Positions 1 to 10,491 are shown, counted from the first letter of the stretch. The stretch: 64,000 nt of DNA from Smithellaceae bacterium (GCA_963663295.2 CAXXLA010000002.1:150843-214842), one strand, 5' to 3'. A program made the numbers and translations. The notes: a model not told the origin generated them from the letters alone.

Positions 1-146
1 TGATTGGTGCGGATGGCAGAGATCAGCTTTTTAGGTGATTTCTTGCCGCATTTTGGACATTTAAGATTTTCATAGCTTTCATCAAGTTTCAAAAAGGCGT
101 CAAATTCATGATGACATTTGTTGCATTCAAACTCGTATATAGGCAT
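1..146 (-). CDS. FmdB-family zinc-ribbon protein (5' part only; gene runs off the left edge)
   Basis: Reverse-strand ATG at 146..144 gives MPIYEFECNKCHHEFDAFLKLDESYENLKCPKCGKKSPKKLISAIRTN. The MPIYE(F/Y)xC start plus paired CxxC / CPxC motifs is the FmdB (CxxC_CxxC_SSSS) signature. Absent from the ORF track because the window edge truncates it. Confidence 0.6.
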   Translation of the reverse strand, partial: MPIYEFECNKCHHEFDAFLKLDESYENLKCPKCGKKSPKKLISAIRTN

Positions 147-241
147 ATAATTTTCTCCAACTTTATTTAAATTTTTATGTTCTTTTTTTAGCCGAAGTTT
201 TTCTTATTTTCAATAAATTTGTTAGAGAACAGCGAGCTTTC

Positions 242-1645
242 TTAGAAAGTAAAAGTCAGTTTGTTAATAAACATGTAATCGTTTTCAACTTCGGCATTGG
301 CGTTATTGGCTTTGAAATAGTCGCCGGTAAACAGATAACCAAAACCCACCATATAAGACAGGTTGTCGTTTATCTTGTAAGTTCCCGTTAAATCAATTTC
401 CGTTCCGTAATCCTTGGAAACATAACCGGAAAGGTTTTGAAGGCCGACTAATGGGCCGAAGTCTGTCTGAGTCTTATTAAGACCGTTGAGTTTATCCGCT
501 CGGGCATAAGCTCCGGATAAACAAATATCCAATTTCTCGGTAGGCTTCAGGCCGGCTTTAAGCTGATGGAAGAATGCGTTGGTCATCTCCGTACCAAACC
601 TTGCCGTACCGCTGGAAGTGCCGTTACTGTATCCATTGATATTTCCAATCCAATAACTCCGATCGGAATTCCACATGATCAATGTTGGACTCCAGTCCTT
701 ACCACCGCCTGTGTAAGCATTTATAGTGTCGCCCTTCGAACCTTGCCCCTGAGAGTAAGCGAAAGTGTAACCCACATAAACCGGCCCGAATGTCGCCACT
801 GCATCGAACCAGCCGGCGAGGCTGCTTAATTTCTGGTCAATATAAACAGCATTGTTCTCCAATTGGGCGAGCTTGCCGAAGTAATAGTCCAGTTCCGCCT
901 GAATTTTTACGGGGCCAATCGTGGCTTTGACATAAGGCTGGACGGAATGAAATTTGCTTTTTATACTCATCGAATCAGGGTTTGTTCTGTGAGCTGCGTC
1001 ATTGGCATAAAGCCAGATCACGCCGCCTTCAAACTTCTTGTCACTATATTTACAAAAAGCCTGCACTTTATCGGTGTCGTGGTCGGTTTGCGTTGCCGTG
1101 TTGTTTGTAGCGGTATAGCTTTTGTCGGCTACTTTTACCAATTGAATACCAAGAACTATATTGTCAAGAGGTAATGTGTAAGTTATTTTTGCGGCGGGCG
1201 TCTCGTTGTCATGGAAAATTGTTCCGCCGATGTAGTCGGGCATGTAGCCTACCCTGAATATACCTATCGGACTGGCGTAACTCACATATGCATGGTCAAA
1301 ACCGATATTTTCATTTTCCGCTCTCGTTGCAGCCGATGTTGTGTATATACCTACCGTGTCTGCGGTATTACTAGGTGCAGACCTGGTTGCACCCCATGCT
1401 CTTTCCATGATGTTAGCTGTGGTAACTACAGAAAGACCGGGAGCCACAATGAATTCTGTTTTAAGGCGCAATCTTTGATAATAAAAGGCGGTTGACTGTT
1501 CATTGGTTGTCTTCAAATATACTTTATCTAAATATACGCCGGCAGAATAGAAAGAGCCGCTTACTTTCAAATCGACCGCCAAGGCCGGTGCACTGAAGGC
1601 CATAATCAGCCCCATCGACAGCCAAACTAACCATAGTCTCTTCAT
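242..1645 (-). CDS. outer-membrane beta-barrel porin, paralog A
   Basis: ORF 242..1672. The internal ATG at 1645 yields a signal peptide MKRLWLVWLSMGLIMAFSAPALA/VD (AxA site). The sequence has an alternating amphipathic pattern rich in G/Y/T/N. The C-terminus ...NKLTFTF ends in Phe, as is typical for OM barrels. Clear paralog of 1945..3267. Confidence 0.65.
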   Translation of the reverse strand: MKRLWLVWLSMGLIMAFSAPALAVDLKVSGSFYSAGVYLDKVYLKTTNEQSTAFYYQRLRLKTEFIVAPGLSVVTTANIMERAWGATRSAPSNTADTVGIYTTSAATRAENENIGFDHAYVSYASPIGIFRVGYMPDYIGGTIFHDNETPAAKITYTLPLDNIVLGIQLVKVADKSYTATNNTATQTDHDTDKVQAFCKYSDKKFEGGVIWLYANDAAHRTNPDSMSIKSKFHSVQPYVKATIGPVKIQAELDYYFGKLAQLENNAVYIDQKLSSLAGWFDAVATFGPVYVGYTFAYSQGQGSKGDTINAYTGGGKDWSPTLIMWNSDRSYWIGNINGYSNGTSSGTARFGTEMTNAFFHQLKAGLKPTEKLDICLSGAYARADKLNGLNKTQTDFGPLVGLQNLSGYVSKDYGTEIDLTGTYKINDNLSYMVGFGYLFTGDYFKANNANAEVENDYMFINKLTFTF

Positions 1646-1873
1646 TTTAACCTCATATTTATCTTCGAACATATATTTATTATATATCTGAACGCAAAAA
1701 ACGCAGGAAAGCTAGCATTCAAAGAACAGTGTGTCAAGGTCGTTTTGGTTTTTTGTACAACTTAGGATATATGCTATGTTTGCCCATTGTGTGTTTTCGC
1801 AAGGCAGGTATTTTTATTGGCGGCGTTTGGTTTGCTTAAATAAACGATGAAATATGCAGATTTCGCTGGAGGC

Positions 1874-1917
1874 AGAAAAAAATCCCCGGGAGTGTTTTGC
1901 CCGTCCTCCCGGGGATT
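1874..1917 (-). terminator. Rho-independent terminator of porin paralog B
   Basis: On the minus strand, AATCCCCGGGAG (1917..1906) pairs perfectly with CTCCCGGGGATT (1892..1881). A T7-8 run follows, seen as A-run 1875..1882 on the plus strand. It lies about 30 nt after the stop of 1945..3267. Confidence 0.7.
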
Positions 1918-1944
1918 CAAGTTAACATCTAAACGGCTGTTCTC

Positions 1945-3267
1945 TTAGAAGGTCAAAGCCAGTTTGTTGATGATCATGTAGTTGTTTTCAACTCCTGTTG
2001 CCTGGTTTGCACCTTTGAAGTAATCACCGGTGATCAGGTAGCCAGCACCCAGCATATAAGACAGGTTGTTGGTTATCTTGTAGCTACCGGTTAAGTCAAA
2101 TTCCCAACCTAAATCTTTATCGTAGGTATCAGGTGCTTTGTCTCTCCTTGCATAAGAAACAGCAAAGCAAACATCCAGTTTCTCAACAGGTTTCACACCA
2201 ACTCTCAGCTGATACAGGAAAGCATTTCCAAAAGTGGCGTCAAAGGCATTGTTCGCGCCAACTGCTGTTGAAGTGATTGTGCCTACATATCTGGCGCGGT
2301 CTTCATTCCACATAATCAGGGTCGGGCTCCAGTCCATACCGCCATTTACGGTGTTGTGTACTTTGTCATCATTGGCATCTACGTCACCCTGTGCATACGC
2401 AAAGGTACCGCCAACATAAACCGGACCAAAAGTTGCCACTGCATCAATCCAGCCGGCAAAGCTGCTGATGTCTTTATCAGGAGTTGCATCATCGTAATCA
2501 TATGTGCCTACATCATAAAGAAGTTCAGCCTGCAGTTTGACCGGACCAAATACGCCTGTGAAGTAAGGATCGAATCTGTGTTTTTTGACTTTCAACTGAC
2601 TAATCTGTCTAAGTGAATTATCTACTGTGTAACCATACAGCAAACCGACAGCCCAGTTCTGTTTCTTATAATCGAAAGTCAGATAGTATGTATCCATATC
2701 CGCATCCGTAGTTGTTGATCCGGTGTTGACGGCACTGTAGCTATTGTCTTTGTTTTTCTCGATTGTTGCGGTCCATTTGAAGCCGCTGTAATCGTTAGAA
2801 ATGTACTTTACTCTGTAGCGTGGCTCTTCGGAGTTGCCGAAAACCGGTCCATATACTCCACCCGGCTGGGCACCAACCTGGAAGGTACCGATTGGACTAT
2901 CATATTTTAAATATGCATAGTCAAATGCGATATTTTCATTTTCTGCCTGGGTTCCAGCTGAATTGGTTTGCAGTGTGGTGCTGGGTGCAGTTCTGGTTTG
3001 ACCAAACACTCTTTCCAGAGCGTCAAAACGGGTGATCAAACTAAGTCCCGGAGCAACAACCAATTCCGTACCAACGCGCAGTCTGGTAAAATAAAAAGCT
3101 GTAGACTGACCTTCGTTGGCCGCTGTTTGTTCGTCCAACTTTATTTTATCCAGATAAACACCGGCTGCAAAATAAGAGCCGCTTACCTTTACATCGACCG
3201 CGAAGGCCGATGCACTGAAGGCCATGACTAGCCCCAGTGACAGCAAAACTAACCAAAATCTCTTCAT
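1945..3267 (-). CDS. outer-membrane beta-barrel porin, paralog B
   Basis: 440 aa. Signal peptide MKRFWLVLLSLGLVMAFSASAFA/VD, conserved N-terminal strand VKVSGSYFAAGVYLDK and C-terminal ...INKLALTF. Colinear with paralog A. Confidence 0.65.
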   Translation of the reverse strand: MKRFWLVLLSLGLVMAFSASAFAVDVKVSGSYFAAGVYLDKIKLDEQTAANEGQSTAFYFTRLRVGTELVVAPGLSLITRFDALERVFGQTRTAPSTTLQTNSAGTQAENENIAFDYAYLKYDSPIGTFQVGAQPGGVYGPVFGNSEEPRYRVKYISNDYSGFKWTATIEKNKDNSYSAVNTGSTTTDADMDTYYLTFDYKKQNWAVGLLYGYTVDNSLRQISQLKVKKHRFDPYFTGVFGPVKLQAELLYDVGTYDYDDATPDKDISSFAGWIDAVATFGPVYVGGTFAYAQGDVDANDDKVHNTVNGGMDWSPTLIMWNEDRARYVGTITSTAVGANNAFDATFGNAFLYQLRVGVKPVEKLDVCFAVSYARRDKAPDTYDKDLGWEFDLTGSYKITNNLSYMLGAGYLITGDYFKGANQATGVENNYMIINKLALTF

Positions 3268-4238
3268 TTTATCCTCCTAAAAATTTGGTTGCATTAAAGT
3301 TTCAGCCATTAAAAAACGGGCATTTTTTCACGGCCACCTCTACAACACATCCGCCTTCAAAAATTAATATATACATCATTAATGTATACATTCTGAAAGC
3401 AAAACGAACCGCCGAACAGTTAACATCTGCCGGAAAGTATGTCAAGATTATTTTGAACGATATTCCGGCTTGTCATGTTGAAATAATCAGCAATACATGT
3501 GCCATTTTTTATTATTGCTACACATTTATTAGTGATGCCTCCAGCGCTTCCGGTGGAATGCATCCGGATTTATCTCTAAGGCTATTCGTGTGATCGGCAA
3601 GTAAAAATAAATATATAGCGTATATTCAACGATGTTTTTTACGCTTGCTCCGTAAGTGGTCGGGTCTGTATCAGTCATGGCAGGGTAAAACTTAACTGTT
3701 TTCATTCTGGCAGGTTCCTTTTTTGTGTGTTACTGTGCACCACAAAATTGCCTGGTTTTTATTCTTCCGGCGTGTTGATGTCAACACACTGCTTATGCGT
3801 GATCATGCATTTTGTGGTAAATTCTTCCATTAGCTGATCAAAGACCATCCTTAGTTTATGGAAATATTTAACCTGTACCGTAGACGGTGTGGAAATTAGT
3901 TTAGAACAAAGATTGCTTTCGCTTTAATAAAGCTCTGATGAGATTGTTTTGAAAATGTCCATTATATTAAAAGGATTATTGATTATTTAAATAGTTCTTG
4001 ACAGCAAAAAGATATTAAGTTACGTACGGACGGGGAGTAGAGGGTGGCCTTAATTTTATAAGCTAAAGTTGCCTTCTTGTTGTATGTAAAAAACCGTTTC
4101 TCTCAAATTTTTAAGGTTTAAAAAAAGCAAAATAAGATATTTGTTCTTTGACTAAGGTGTTATCTGGCAGAAGCACTTTTGCAAGATCATTTATTTAAAA
4201 TACGAAATTAAAAATATTTAGGGAGGAAAAACAAAAAA

Positions 4239-6209
4239 ATGGCAGAAGAGACAATTTTGAAAGAGATTTATCCAATACCTGAAAAACTGGAAAAGAATGC
4301 CTATGTTAAAGGCAGAGCAGAGTACGACAAGTTGTATGCTGAATCCTTAGCTGATCCGGCAGCCTGGTGGGCGAAGCAAGCCGATGAGCTTTTGACCTTC
4401 TATAAGAAATGGGACAAAGTTGAAGACTTTAACTTCGATATTCGCAAAGGTCCCATTTATGTGAAGTATTTCGAAGGTGCAAAGATCAATGTGTCTTATA
4501 ACTGTCTCGACCGTCAGCTGGCAAAAAATGCCAACAAAGTAGCTCTTCAGTGGGTTGGCAATGAACCCGGCGAAGAAAAAGCCTGGACATATCAGGAACT
4601 TTATACCGAAGTATGCAAGTTTGCCAATGTCCTGAAAAAGAACGGTATCGGCAAGGGTGATCGGGTTTGCATTTATGCCCCAATGGTCGCGGAAGCCGCA
4701 GTCGCTATGTTGGCTTGTTCCCGTATTGGCGCCGTCCATGCCCTGGTATTTGGTGGTTTCAGCTCCGACGCTCTGGCCGTTCGTATTCAGGATTCCGAAG
4801 CTAAACTCCTAGTAGTTTGTGATGGTACATTCCGCGGCTCCAAGGCTGTTCCTCAGAAGAAAGATGCCGACGTTGCATTGCAAGATTGCCCGACTGTTAA
4901 AAAAGTTATCGTTATCAAACGCGTTGGCGATAAGATTAAATGTGACTGGGTACCGGGCAGAGATGTTTGGTATCATGAAGAAATGGCTTCGGTTGATGCC
5001 AATTGCGAACCCGAATGGATGGATGCGGAAGACACCCTTTTTGTTCTTTATACTTCCGGTTCTACAGGAAAGCCCAAGGGCGCTCTTCATACTACCGCCG
5101 GTTACCTGCTTTTTGCAGCTTACACGAGCAAGTTTGACTTCGATCTCCATGATGATGATGTTTTCTGGTGCACCGCCGACATCGGCTGGGTTACCGGTCA
5201 TACCTACGTCGTTTACGGTCCTCTCGCCATCGGCTCAACCTCCGTTATGTTCGAAGGCGTTCCCAATTATCCGACCTACAGCCGCTTCTGGCAGGTTTGT
5301 GAAAAATTTGGAGTTACCGTATTCTACACAGCCCCGACAGCTATTCGTTCAATCGCCAAAGAAGGCGACAAGTGGCTGGAGGGAATTGATTTGTCTAAAC
5401 TGAGAATTCTGGGTTCCGTGGGTGAACCTTTAAATCCGGAAGCGTGGCATTGGTACTTCAGCAAGATAGGCGGCGAAAGATGTCCCATCGTCGATACCTG
5501 GTGGCAGACCGAAACGGGTGGACATATGATTCTGCCTCTGCCCGGAGCTATTGCCGTTAAACCGGCTATGGCCGCCGCGCCTATTATGGGCGTTGTCCCC
5601 GCTCTGCTCGACGACCAGACCGGCGAAGAACTGACGGCTACGGAAGCGCGCGGCGCTCTCGTCATCAAGAGACCCTGGCCCGGCATTACCCGCACTATTT
5701 TTGGCGATCACAGCCGTTATCAGGAAACATATTTTGAATCCTATCCTGGTACCTACTTCTCCGGTGACGGTGCTCTCCGTGATAAAGACAGTTACTACCG
5801 GATTACAGGCCGTATCGACGACGTTATCAATGTTTCCGGTCACCGCATGGGTACCGCCGAAGTCGAAGCAACACTGAACTCTCACGAAAAAGTCGCGGAA
5901 TCCGCCGTTGTCGGTTATCCGCATGACATCAAAGGTCAGTCTATTTATGCTTATGTAACGTTGAATAGCGGAATTGAACCATCGGAAGATCTGAAGAAAG
6001 AACTAATCGCATTTGTCAGAAAAGAGATCGGTCCTATTGCTACTCCGGAAAAGATTCAGTGGGCACCCGGTCTTCCCAAGACAAGAAGCGGTAAGATCAT
6101 GCGTCGTATTCTGAAGAAAGTTGCGGCGAACGAGATCAACGATCTGGGCGATACCAGCACCCTGGCCGATCCGTCGGTAGTAGAAGATCTCGTAAAGAAT
6201 AGATTGTAG
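4239..6209 (+). CDS. acs: acetyl-CoA synthetase (AMP-forming)
   Basis: 656 aa, full-length and colinear with bacterial Acs. Contains the YTSGSTGKPKG AMP-binding motif, WWQTETGG and C-terminal PKTRSGKIMRRIL. RBS GGGAGGAAAA lies upstream of the ATG. Confidence 0.95.
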   Translation: MAEETILKEIYPIPEKLEKNAYVKGRAEYDKLYAESLADPAAWWAKQADELLTFYKKWDKVEDFNFDIRKGPIYVKYFEGAKINVSYNCLDRQLAKNANKVALQWVGNEPGEEKAWTYQELYTEVCKFANVLKKNGIGKGDRVCIYAPMVAEAAVAMLACSRIGAVHALVFGGFSSDALAVRIQDSEAKLLVVCDGTFRGSKAVPQKKDADVALQDCPTVKKVIVIKRVGDKIKCDWVPGRDVWYHEEMASVDANCEPEWMDAEDTLFVLYTSGSTGKPKGALHTTAGYLLFAAYTSKFDFDLHDDDVFWCTADIGWVTGHTYVVYGPLAIGSTSVMFEGVPNYPTYSRFWQVCEKFGVTVFYTAPTAIRSIAKEGDKWLEGIDLSKLRILGSVGEPLNPEAWHWYFSKIGGERCPIVDTWWQTETGGHMILPLPGAIAVKPAMAAAPIMGVVPALLDDQTGEELTATEARGALVIKRPWPGITRTIFGDHSRYQETYFESYPGTYFSGDGALRDKDSYYRITGRIDDVINVSGHRMGTAEVEATLNSHEKVAESAVVGYPHDIKGQSIYAYVTLNSGIEPSEDLKKELIAFVRKEIGPIATPEKIQWAPGLPKTRSGKIMRRILKKVAANEINDLGDTSTLADPSVVEDLVKNRL

Positions 6210-6216
6210 ATTATAA

Positions 6217-6256
6217 GTCTGATCCGCCTGAAAAAAAGCGGGTCAGACTTTTTTTA
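6217..6256 (+). terminator. Rho-independent terminator after acs
   Basis: GTCTGATCCGC (6217..6227) pairs with GCGGGTCAGAC (6238..6248), with one G-U pair. A T7 run follows. Confidence 0.7.
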
Positions 6257-6367
6257 TTGGTTTGTAGTTAGAAACATTACATTCAGATACCTGCTTTGGA
6301 TGAAAAGGCGGAAGGCATCAAGAGAGATAGTCTGAATGCAAAGATTAATCAAGGAGGGTTTGAGACT

Positions 6368-7138
6368 GTGAACATTATTGCATGCGTAAAGCAGGTCCCG
6401 GATACCGAAGCCCAGATTAAGGTAAAAGCCGATGGGTCAGGTATTGAAGAAGGCCAGATCAAATGGGTTATGAATCCTTATGATGAGTTTGGCGTGGAAG
6501 AAGCATTAAAAATGAAAGAAAAAAATGGTGGCGACGTAACGGTTGTCTGTGTCGGCCCAGCAAGAGCCATGGAGACCATTCGTACGGCTCTGGCCATGGG
6601 TGCGGATAAAGGCATACACATTTGTGATCCGGCCCTTGACAACGCCGATGCGTTTGTTATTGCCAATGCTCTGGCAGCGGCTATTAAAGCCTTGCCCCAC
6701 GACATTATTTTCTGCGGACAGCGCGCTATCGATGACGACTCTGGTCAGGTCGGCGCCATGCTGGCGGAAGCTCTGGGATTGCCGCAGTTGACCGTAATCA
6801 CCAAATTGGATTTTGCCGGTTCCTCAGTCAAGGTTGTTCGTCCGGTTGAAGGTGCACAGATGGTAATCGAGACAGCTCTGCCTTGTGTCGTCACAGCTCA
6901 GAAAGGTCTCAATGAACCACGTTATGCATCGTTACCCGGCATCATGAAAGCAAAGAAGAAACCGGTCGATGTGAAAAAAGCTGCTGACCTTGGTATTGCC
7001 ACTGAAGCAAAAGCCAAAGTAGCCAAAACCGTTCCACCTCCAGCCAGACCTCCCGGAAAGATTGTCGGCGGAGATGATCCCGCGCAGAAGGCGGCAGAAG
7101 TAGGCCGGTTACTCAGGGAAGAAGCGAAAGCTATTTAA
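6368..7138 (+). CDS. etfB: electron transfer flavoprotein, beta subunit
   Basis: The track ORF starts at 6296. GTG at 6368 is preceded by AAGGAGGG and gives (M)NIIACVKQVPDTEAQIKV, the canonical EtfB N-terminus. About 256 aa. Confidence 0.9.
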   Translation: MNIIACVKQVPDTEAQIKVKADGSGIEEGQIKWVMNPYDEFGVEEALKMKEKNGGDVTVVCVGPARAMETIRTALAMGADKGIHICDPALDNADAFVIANALAAAIKALPHDIIFCGQRAIDDDSGQVGAMLAEALGLPQLTVITKLDFAGSSVKVVRPVEGAQMVIETALPCVVTAQKGLNEPRYASLPGIMKAKKKPVDVKKAADLGIATEAKAKVAKTVPPPARPPGKIVGGDDPAQKAAEVGRLLREEAKAI

Positions 7139-7160
7139 TTAAGAAGCGGAGGAATTTAAA

Positions 7161-8138
7161 ATGGCAAAAGGAGTCATGATAGTAGCAGAACAGCGAGATG
7201 GCGCGCTGAGAAAAATCAGTCTGGAACTGGCATCGACAGCCCGCAAGCTGGCCGACCAGTCCGGTGATGAAGTTAGTGCCATTCTGCTTGGTTCAGGTAT
7301 AGAAGGTCTGGCTGCCGAGTTAGGTAAGTACGGTGTGGATAAAATTTTTGTAGGCGATAATGCTGCGATGGAGCCTTACATTACTGAAGCACATGCCGAA
7401 GTGGTCGCCAAAATTGTTAAAGAAAATGATCCGGCAATCCTGCTTTTAGGTGCATCGGCTCAGGGTAAAGATCTGTCTGCCCGCGTGGCTGCAAAATTGG
7501 CCACCGGTCTTGCCACGGATTGTACGGAAGTTAAAATTGCCGACGGTAAATTCGTTGCAATCAGACCATTGTACGCAGGAAAATGCATGGGCGAAATAGT
7601 TTATACCAGCACTCCGGCGATGGCTTCATTGCGTCCCAATGTGTTTCCGGCGGATGAAAATGCAAAAGCCGGTGCGGTTGTAAAAGTGGATGCGGCTGTT
7701 GATGCAGCATCGATCAAGAGCAAAGTTGCAGAAGTACAGAAAGACACCAGCGGCAAAGTCGATTTGACCGAAGCCAATGTAATTGTCTCCGGTGGCCGCG
7801 GCATGAAAGATGCCGATGGTTTTAAAATTCTCGAAGATTTGGCCGAAGTGCTCAAAGGCTGTGTCGGTGCATCCCGTGCAGCAGTGGACGCCGGTTGGCG
7901 TCTGCAGAAAGATCAGGTCGGGCAGACTGGTAAAGTCGTTTCTCCGAACCTTTACATTGCCTGCGGTATTTCCGGTGCAATTCAGCATCTGGCCGGTATG
8001 AGCTCATCTAAGTGTATTGTTGCGATTAATAAGGATCCGGAAGCCCCAATTTTTACAAAGGCGGATTACGGTGTGGTTGATGATCTGTTCAAGGTTGTTC
8101 CCGAGTTAACGGCTGTTTGTAAAAAAATTATTGGATAA
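7161..8138 (+). CDS. etfA: electron transfer flavoprotein, alpha subunit
   Basis: 325 aa. C-terminal FAD-binding region VSGGRGM...[28 protein letters not shown]. 22 nt after etfB. Confidence 0.9.
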   Translation: MAKGVMIVAEQRDGALRKISLELASTARKLADQSGDEVSAILLGSGIEGLAAELGKYGVDKIFVGDNAAMEPYITEAHAEVVAKIVKENDPAILLLGASAQGKDLSARVAAKLATGLATDCTEVKIADGKFVAIRPLYAGKCMGEIVYTSTPAMASLRPNVFPADENAKAGAVVKVDAAVDAASIKSKVAEVQKDTSGKVDLTEANVIVSGGRGMKDADGFKILEDLAEVLKGCVGASRAAVDAGWRLQKDQVGQTGKVVSPNLYIACGISGAIQHLAGMSSSKCIVAINKDPEAPIFTKADYGVVDDLFKVVPELTAVCKKIIG

Positions 8139-8244
8139 TATAAATCAACTGAGATGTCTTTGCTCTTTTTAGAGCAAAGACATCTCGTCTTTGAATCGAT
8201 CATTGTTATAAAACGTATTTACCCCTCAAGATTTCGGAGGATCA

Positions 8245-10389
8245 ATGGAAAACGCAAGCCCAATAGGAATAGGAAACGAAGGTCGCGAAGTATTCTGGAA
8301 TGCTCAGCACTTTGAGCCGATTTTATTTCTGCTGACTGCCGTGGCATTGGCCATATTTGCTTATGGCGTTTACCGGCGCTGGCAAATGTGGAAGGCTATA
8401 GGTAAACCAGAAGTTCGCTGGGACGAAGTTCCGGTGAGAGTAAAAGCTCTTCTTATGAACGGACTTTTGCAAGTCAAGACGTGGAGAGATCTGTATCCGG
8501 GAATTATGCATGGCTTTATATTTTTTGGTTTCTTTGTACTAATTTTCGGAGCTGCTTTCGATGCCGGTGAATTTCACATAACGGAACCACTATTTAACTG
8601 GTCATTTTTACGTGGTGGTTTTTATCTTGGCTTTTCCTTCATAATGGAGGTATTCGGTTTGCTGGTGCTCATCGGAGCGATCATGGCAATTATACGCAGA
8701 TATGTGATTGTTCCGGATCGCCTTGGCTATAAGGGTAAACCGGATAATACTCCCGATGACGCTATAGTCCTTGCGCTGATTGCCGGTATCATCGTCACCG
8801 GATTCATCATTGAAGCTCTGCGTATTTATGCTACGAAGGATATTTCTCCCTGGGAAACATGGTCATTTGTCGGATGGGCTCTTTCCTCAGTATTTACAGG
8901 AATGGACGTTGGGACCGCCGAAGCATGGCACAAGGTATTTTGGTGGACACATACTTTTATCGCCCTCGGTTTTATTGCTTATATTCCGTATTCGAGGCTC
9001 CTGCACATAATCACAACTCCATCCAATTATTTTTTTGCAACTCTGAAACCGAAAGGCTACCAGGAACCGATTCGTGATTTTGAAAATGCGGAATCTTTCG
9101 GCGTAGGTACATTGGAAGAGTTCACCTGGAAACAGATTTTTGATTCTGATGCCTGTACGCGTTGCGGTCGTTGTCAGGATGGGTGCCCGGCTTATCTTTC
9201 CGGCAAGCCCTTGTCACCCAAAAAGGTGATCCAGGATATTAAGACACATTGGTTGGAAAAAGCACCCGCGGCAGTCAAGGCTAAAGCTCTCCCGGCACCG
9301 GCTGAAGGTGCGGAAGGTGCAGTGGAGTGTGAAGGCGAAGTTCAGGGTAAAGCCTTAGTCGGCGAAGTTATAGATCTGCATGAACTATGGGCATGTACAA
9401 ACTGCATGTACTGTATGGAGCATTGTTCAGCATCCATCGAACACGTACCAAAGATTATCAACATGCGTCAATACAAAGTGCTTATGGAAGCAGATTTCAG
9501 TCCGGAATTGCAGCTGACTTATCGTAACATGGAAAATAATTCCAATCCGTGGGGTATTGGAGCTCACTTACGCGCTGATTGGGCAAGTGAACTCGGCGTT
9601 AAAACCCTGGCGGAAGATCCGAACGTGGAATATCTGTTTTACGTAGGTTGTGCCGGTTCATTCGATGACAGAGGCAAAAAAATCTCTGTTGCCTTTGCTA
9701 AAATTTTGCAGGCTGCCGGTATTAGCTTTGGAATTTTGGGAACTGAAGAAGGTTGTTGCGGCGATTCAGCTATGCGCGGTGGCAATGAATATCTTTTCCA
9801 GGCTCAGGCACAAGCTAATATTGAAATAATGAACGGTTATGGCGTGAAAAAAATCATTGCCACATGTCCTCACGGATATAATTGCCTGAAAAAAGATTAT
9901 CCAAACTTCGGTGGAAATTATGAAGTTTACCACCACACCGAAATTATCGCTGATCTGATTGCTCAAGGTAAAATTAAACTGTCCAAAGCGGTGGATGGAA
10001 TGTTCACGTATCATGATTCCTGCTTCCTCGGTCGATACAACGACATATACACCGAGCCGCGTAGCATTTTGAATGCTATTCCCGGAATGAAACTTGCCGA
10101 AATGGATAGAAATTTAAGCAAGAGCTTCTGTTGCGGTGCCGGTGGAGCCAGGATGTGGATGGAAGAAGATATCGGAGATCGTATCAATAACATGCGAACT
10201 GATCAAGCAGTGGCAACAGGTGCTGAGACCATAGCCGTTGCATGTCCCTTCTGTTTGACAATGCTCTCCGACGGTGTAAAAGACAGAGAACTTACAGAAA
10301 AAGTAGTCGCGTTGGATATTTCCGAAATAATTGTCAAGGCAATGGGATTGGAAGAAAATAAACCTGCAGAAGAAGCTAGCACAACATAA
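8245..10389 (+). CDS. membrane-bound FeS oxidoreductase: N-terminal polytopic membrane domain, 2x[4Fe-4S] and two CCG domains (ETF:quinone-type partner)
   Basis: 714 aa. About 6 hydrophobic helices in the first 270 aa. Ferredoxin motifs CTRCGRCQDGCP and CTNCMYCMEHC. CCG-domain motifs YVGCAGSFD...CCGDS...TCPHGYNCL and HDSCFLGR...FCCGAGGARMW...ACPFCLTML. Sits immediately downstream of etfBA. Confidence 0.8.
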   Translation: MENASPIGIGNEGREVFWNAQHFEPILFLLTAVALAIFAYGVYRRWQMWKAIGKPEVRWDEVPVRVKALLMNGLLQVKTWRDLYPGIMHGFIFFGFFVLIFGAAFDAGEFHITEPLFNWSFLRGGFYLGFSFIMEVFGLLVLIGAIMAIIRRYVIVPDRLGYKGKPDNTPDDAIVLALIAGIIVTGFIIEALRIYATKDISPWETWSFVGWALSSVFTGMDVGTAEAWHKVFWWTHTFIALGFIAYIPYSRLLHIITTPSNYFFATLKPKGYQEPIRDFENAESFGVGTLEEFTWKQIFDSDACTRCGRCQDGCPAYLSGKPLSPKKVIQDIKTHWLEKAPAAVKAKALPAPAEGAEGAVECEGEVQGKALVGEVIDLHELWACTNCMYCMEHCSASIEHVPKIINMRQYKVLMEADFSPELQLTYRNMENNSNPWGIGAHLRADWASELGVKTLAEDPNVEYLFYVGCAGSFDDRGKKISVAFAKILQAAGISFGILGTEEGCCGDSAMRGGNEYLFQAQAQANIEIMNGYGVKKIIATCPHGYNCLKKDYPNFGGNYEVYHHTEIIADLIAQGKIKLSKAVDGMFTYHDSCFLGRYNDIYTEPRSILNAIPGMKLAEMDRNLSKSFCCGAGGARMWMEEDIGDRINNMRTDQAVATGAETIAVACPFCLTMLSDGVKDRELTEKVVALDISEIIVKAMGLEENKPAEEASTT

Positions 10390-10423
10390 TATTTTCATTA
10401 TCTGCAGAGAATTTTGTTTAAGT

Positions 10424-10460
10424 AAAAAAGCCCAATCTTCATGAAGAAAGGGCTTTTTTA
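10424..10460 (+). terminator. Rho-independent terminator after the etfBA-oxidoreductase unit
   Basis: AAAAAGCCC (10425..10433) pairs with GGGCTTTTT (10450..10458), with an inner CTTCATGAAG palindrome and a T-run. Confidence 0.65.
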
Positions 10461-10491
10461 TAAAAAACAAAGAGTAATTATCCGTTGTCAA

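Noticed and set aside
3237-3593. 118-aa plus-strand ORF immediately upstream of porin B
   Set aside because: It overlaps the porin start region, has no RBS, and has odd composition with no motifs. It is more likely promoter or leader DNA of the porin gene.
3529-3705. 58-aa minus-strand ORF (MKTVKFYPAMTDTDP...) with a weak AAAGGAA upstream
   Set aside because: There is no recognisable family, hydrophobic segment or Cys pattern, and the C-terminus is compositionally odd. Support is insufficient without conservation data.
4165-4183. TGGCA...TTGCA resembling a sigma54 -24/-12 promoter upstream of acs
   Set aside because: The spacing between GG and GC is 13 nt, not the required 10 nt, so it does not fit the sigma54 consensus.
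4347-5924. Several 65-194-aa ORFs on both strands inside acs
   Set aside because: All are nested within the full-length, motif-complete acs reading frame. None has a recognisable family signature.
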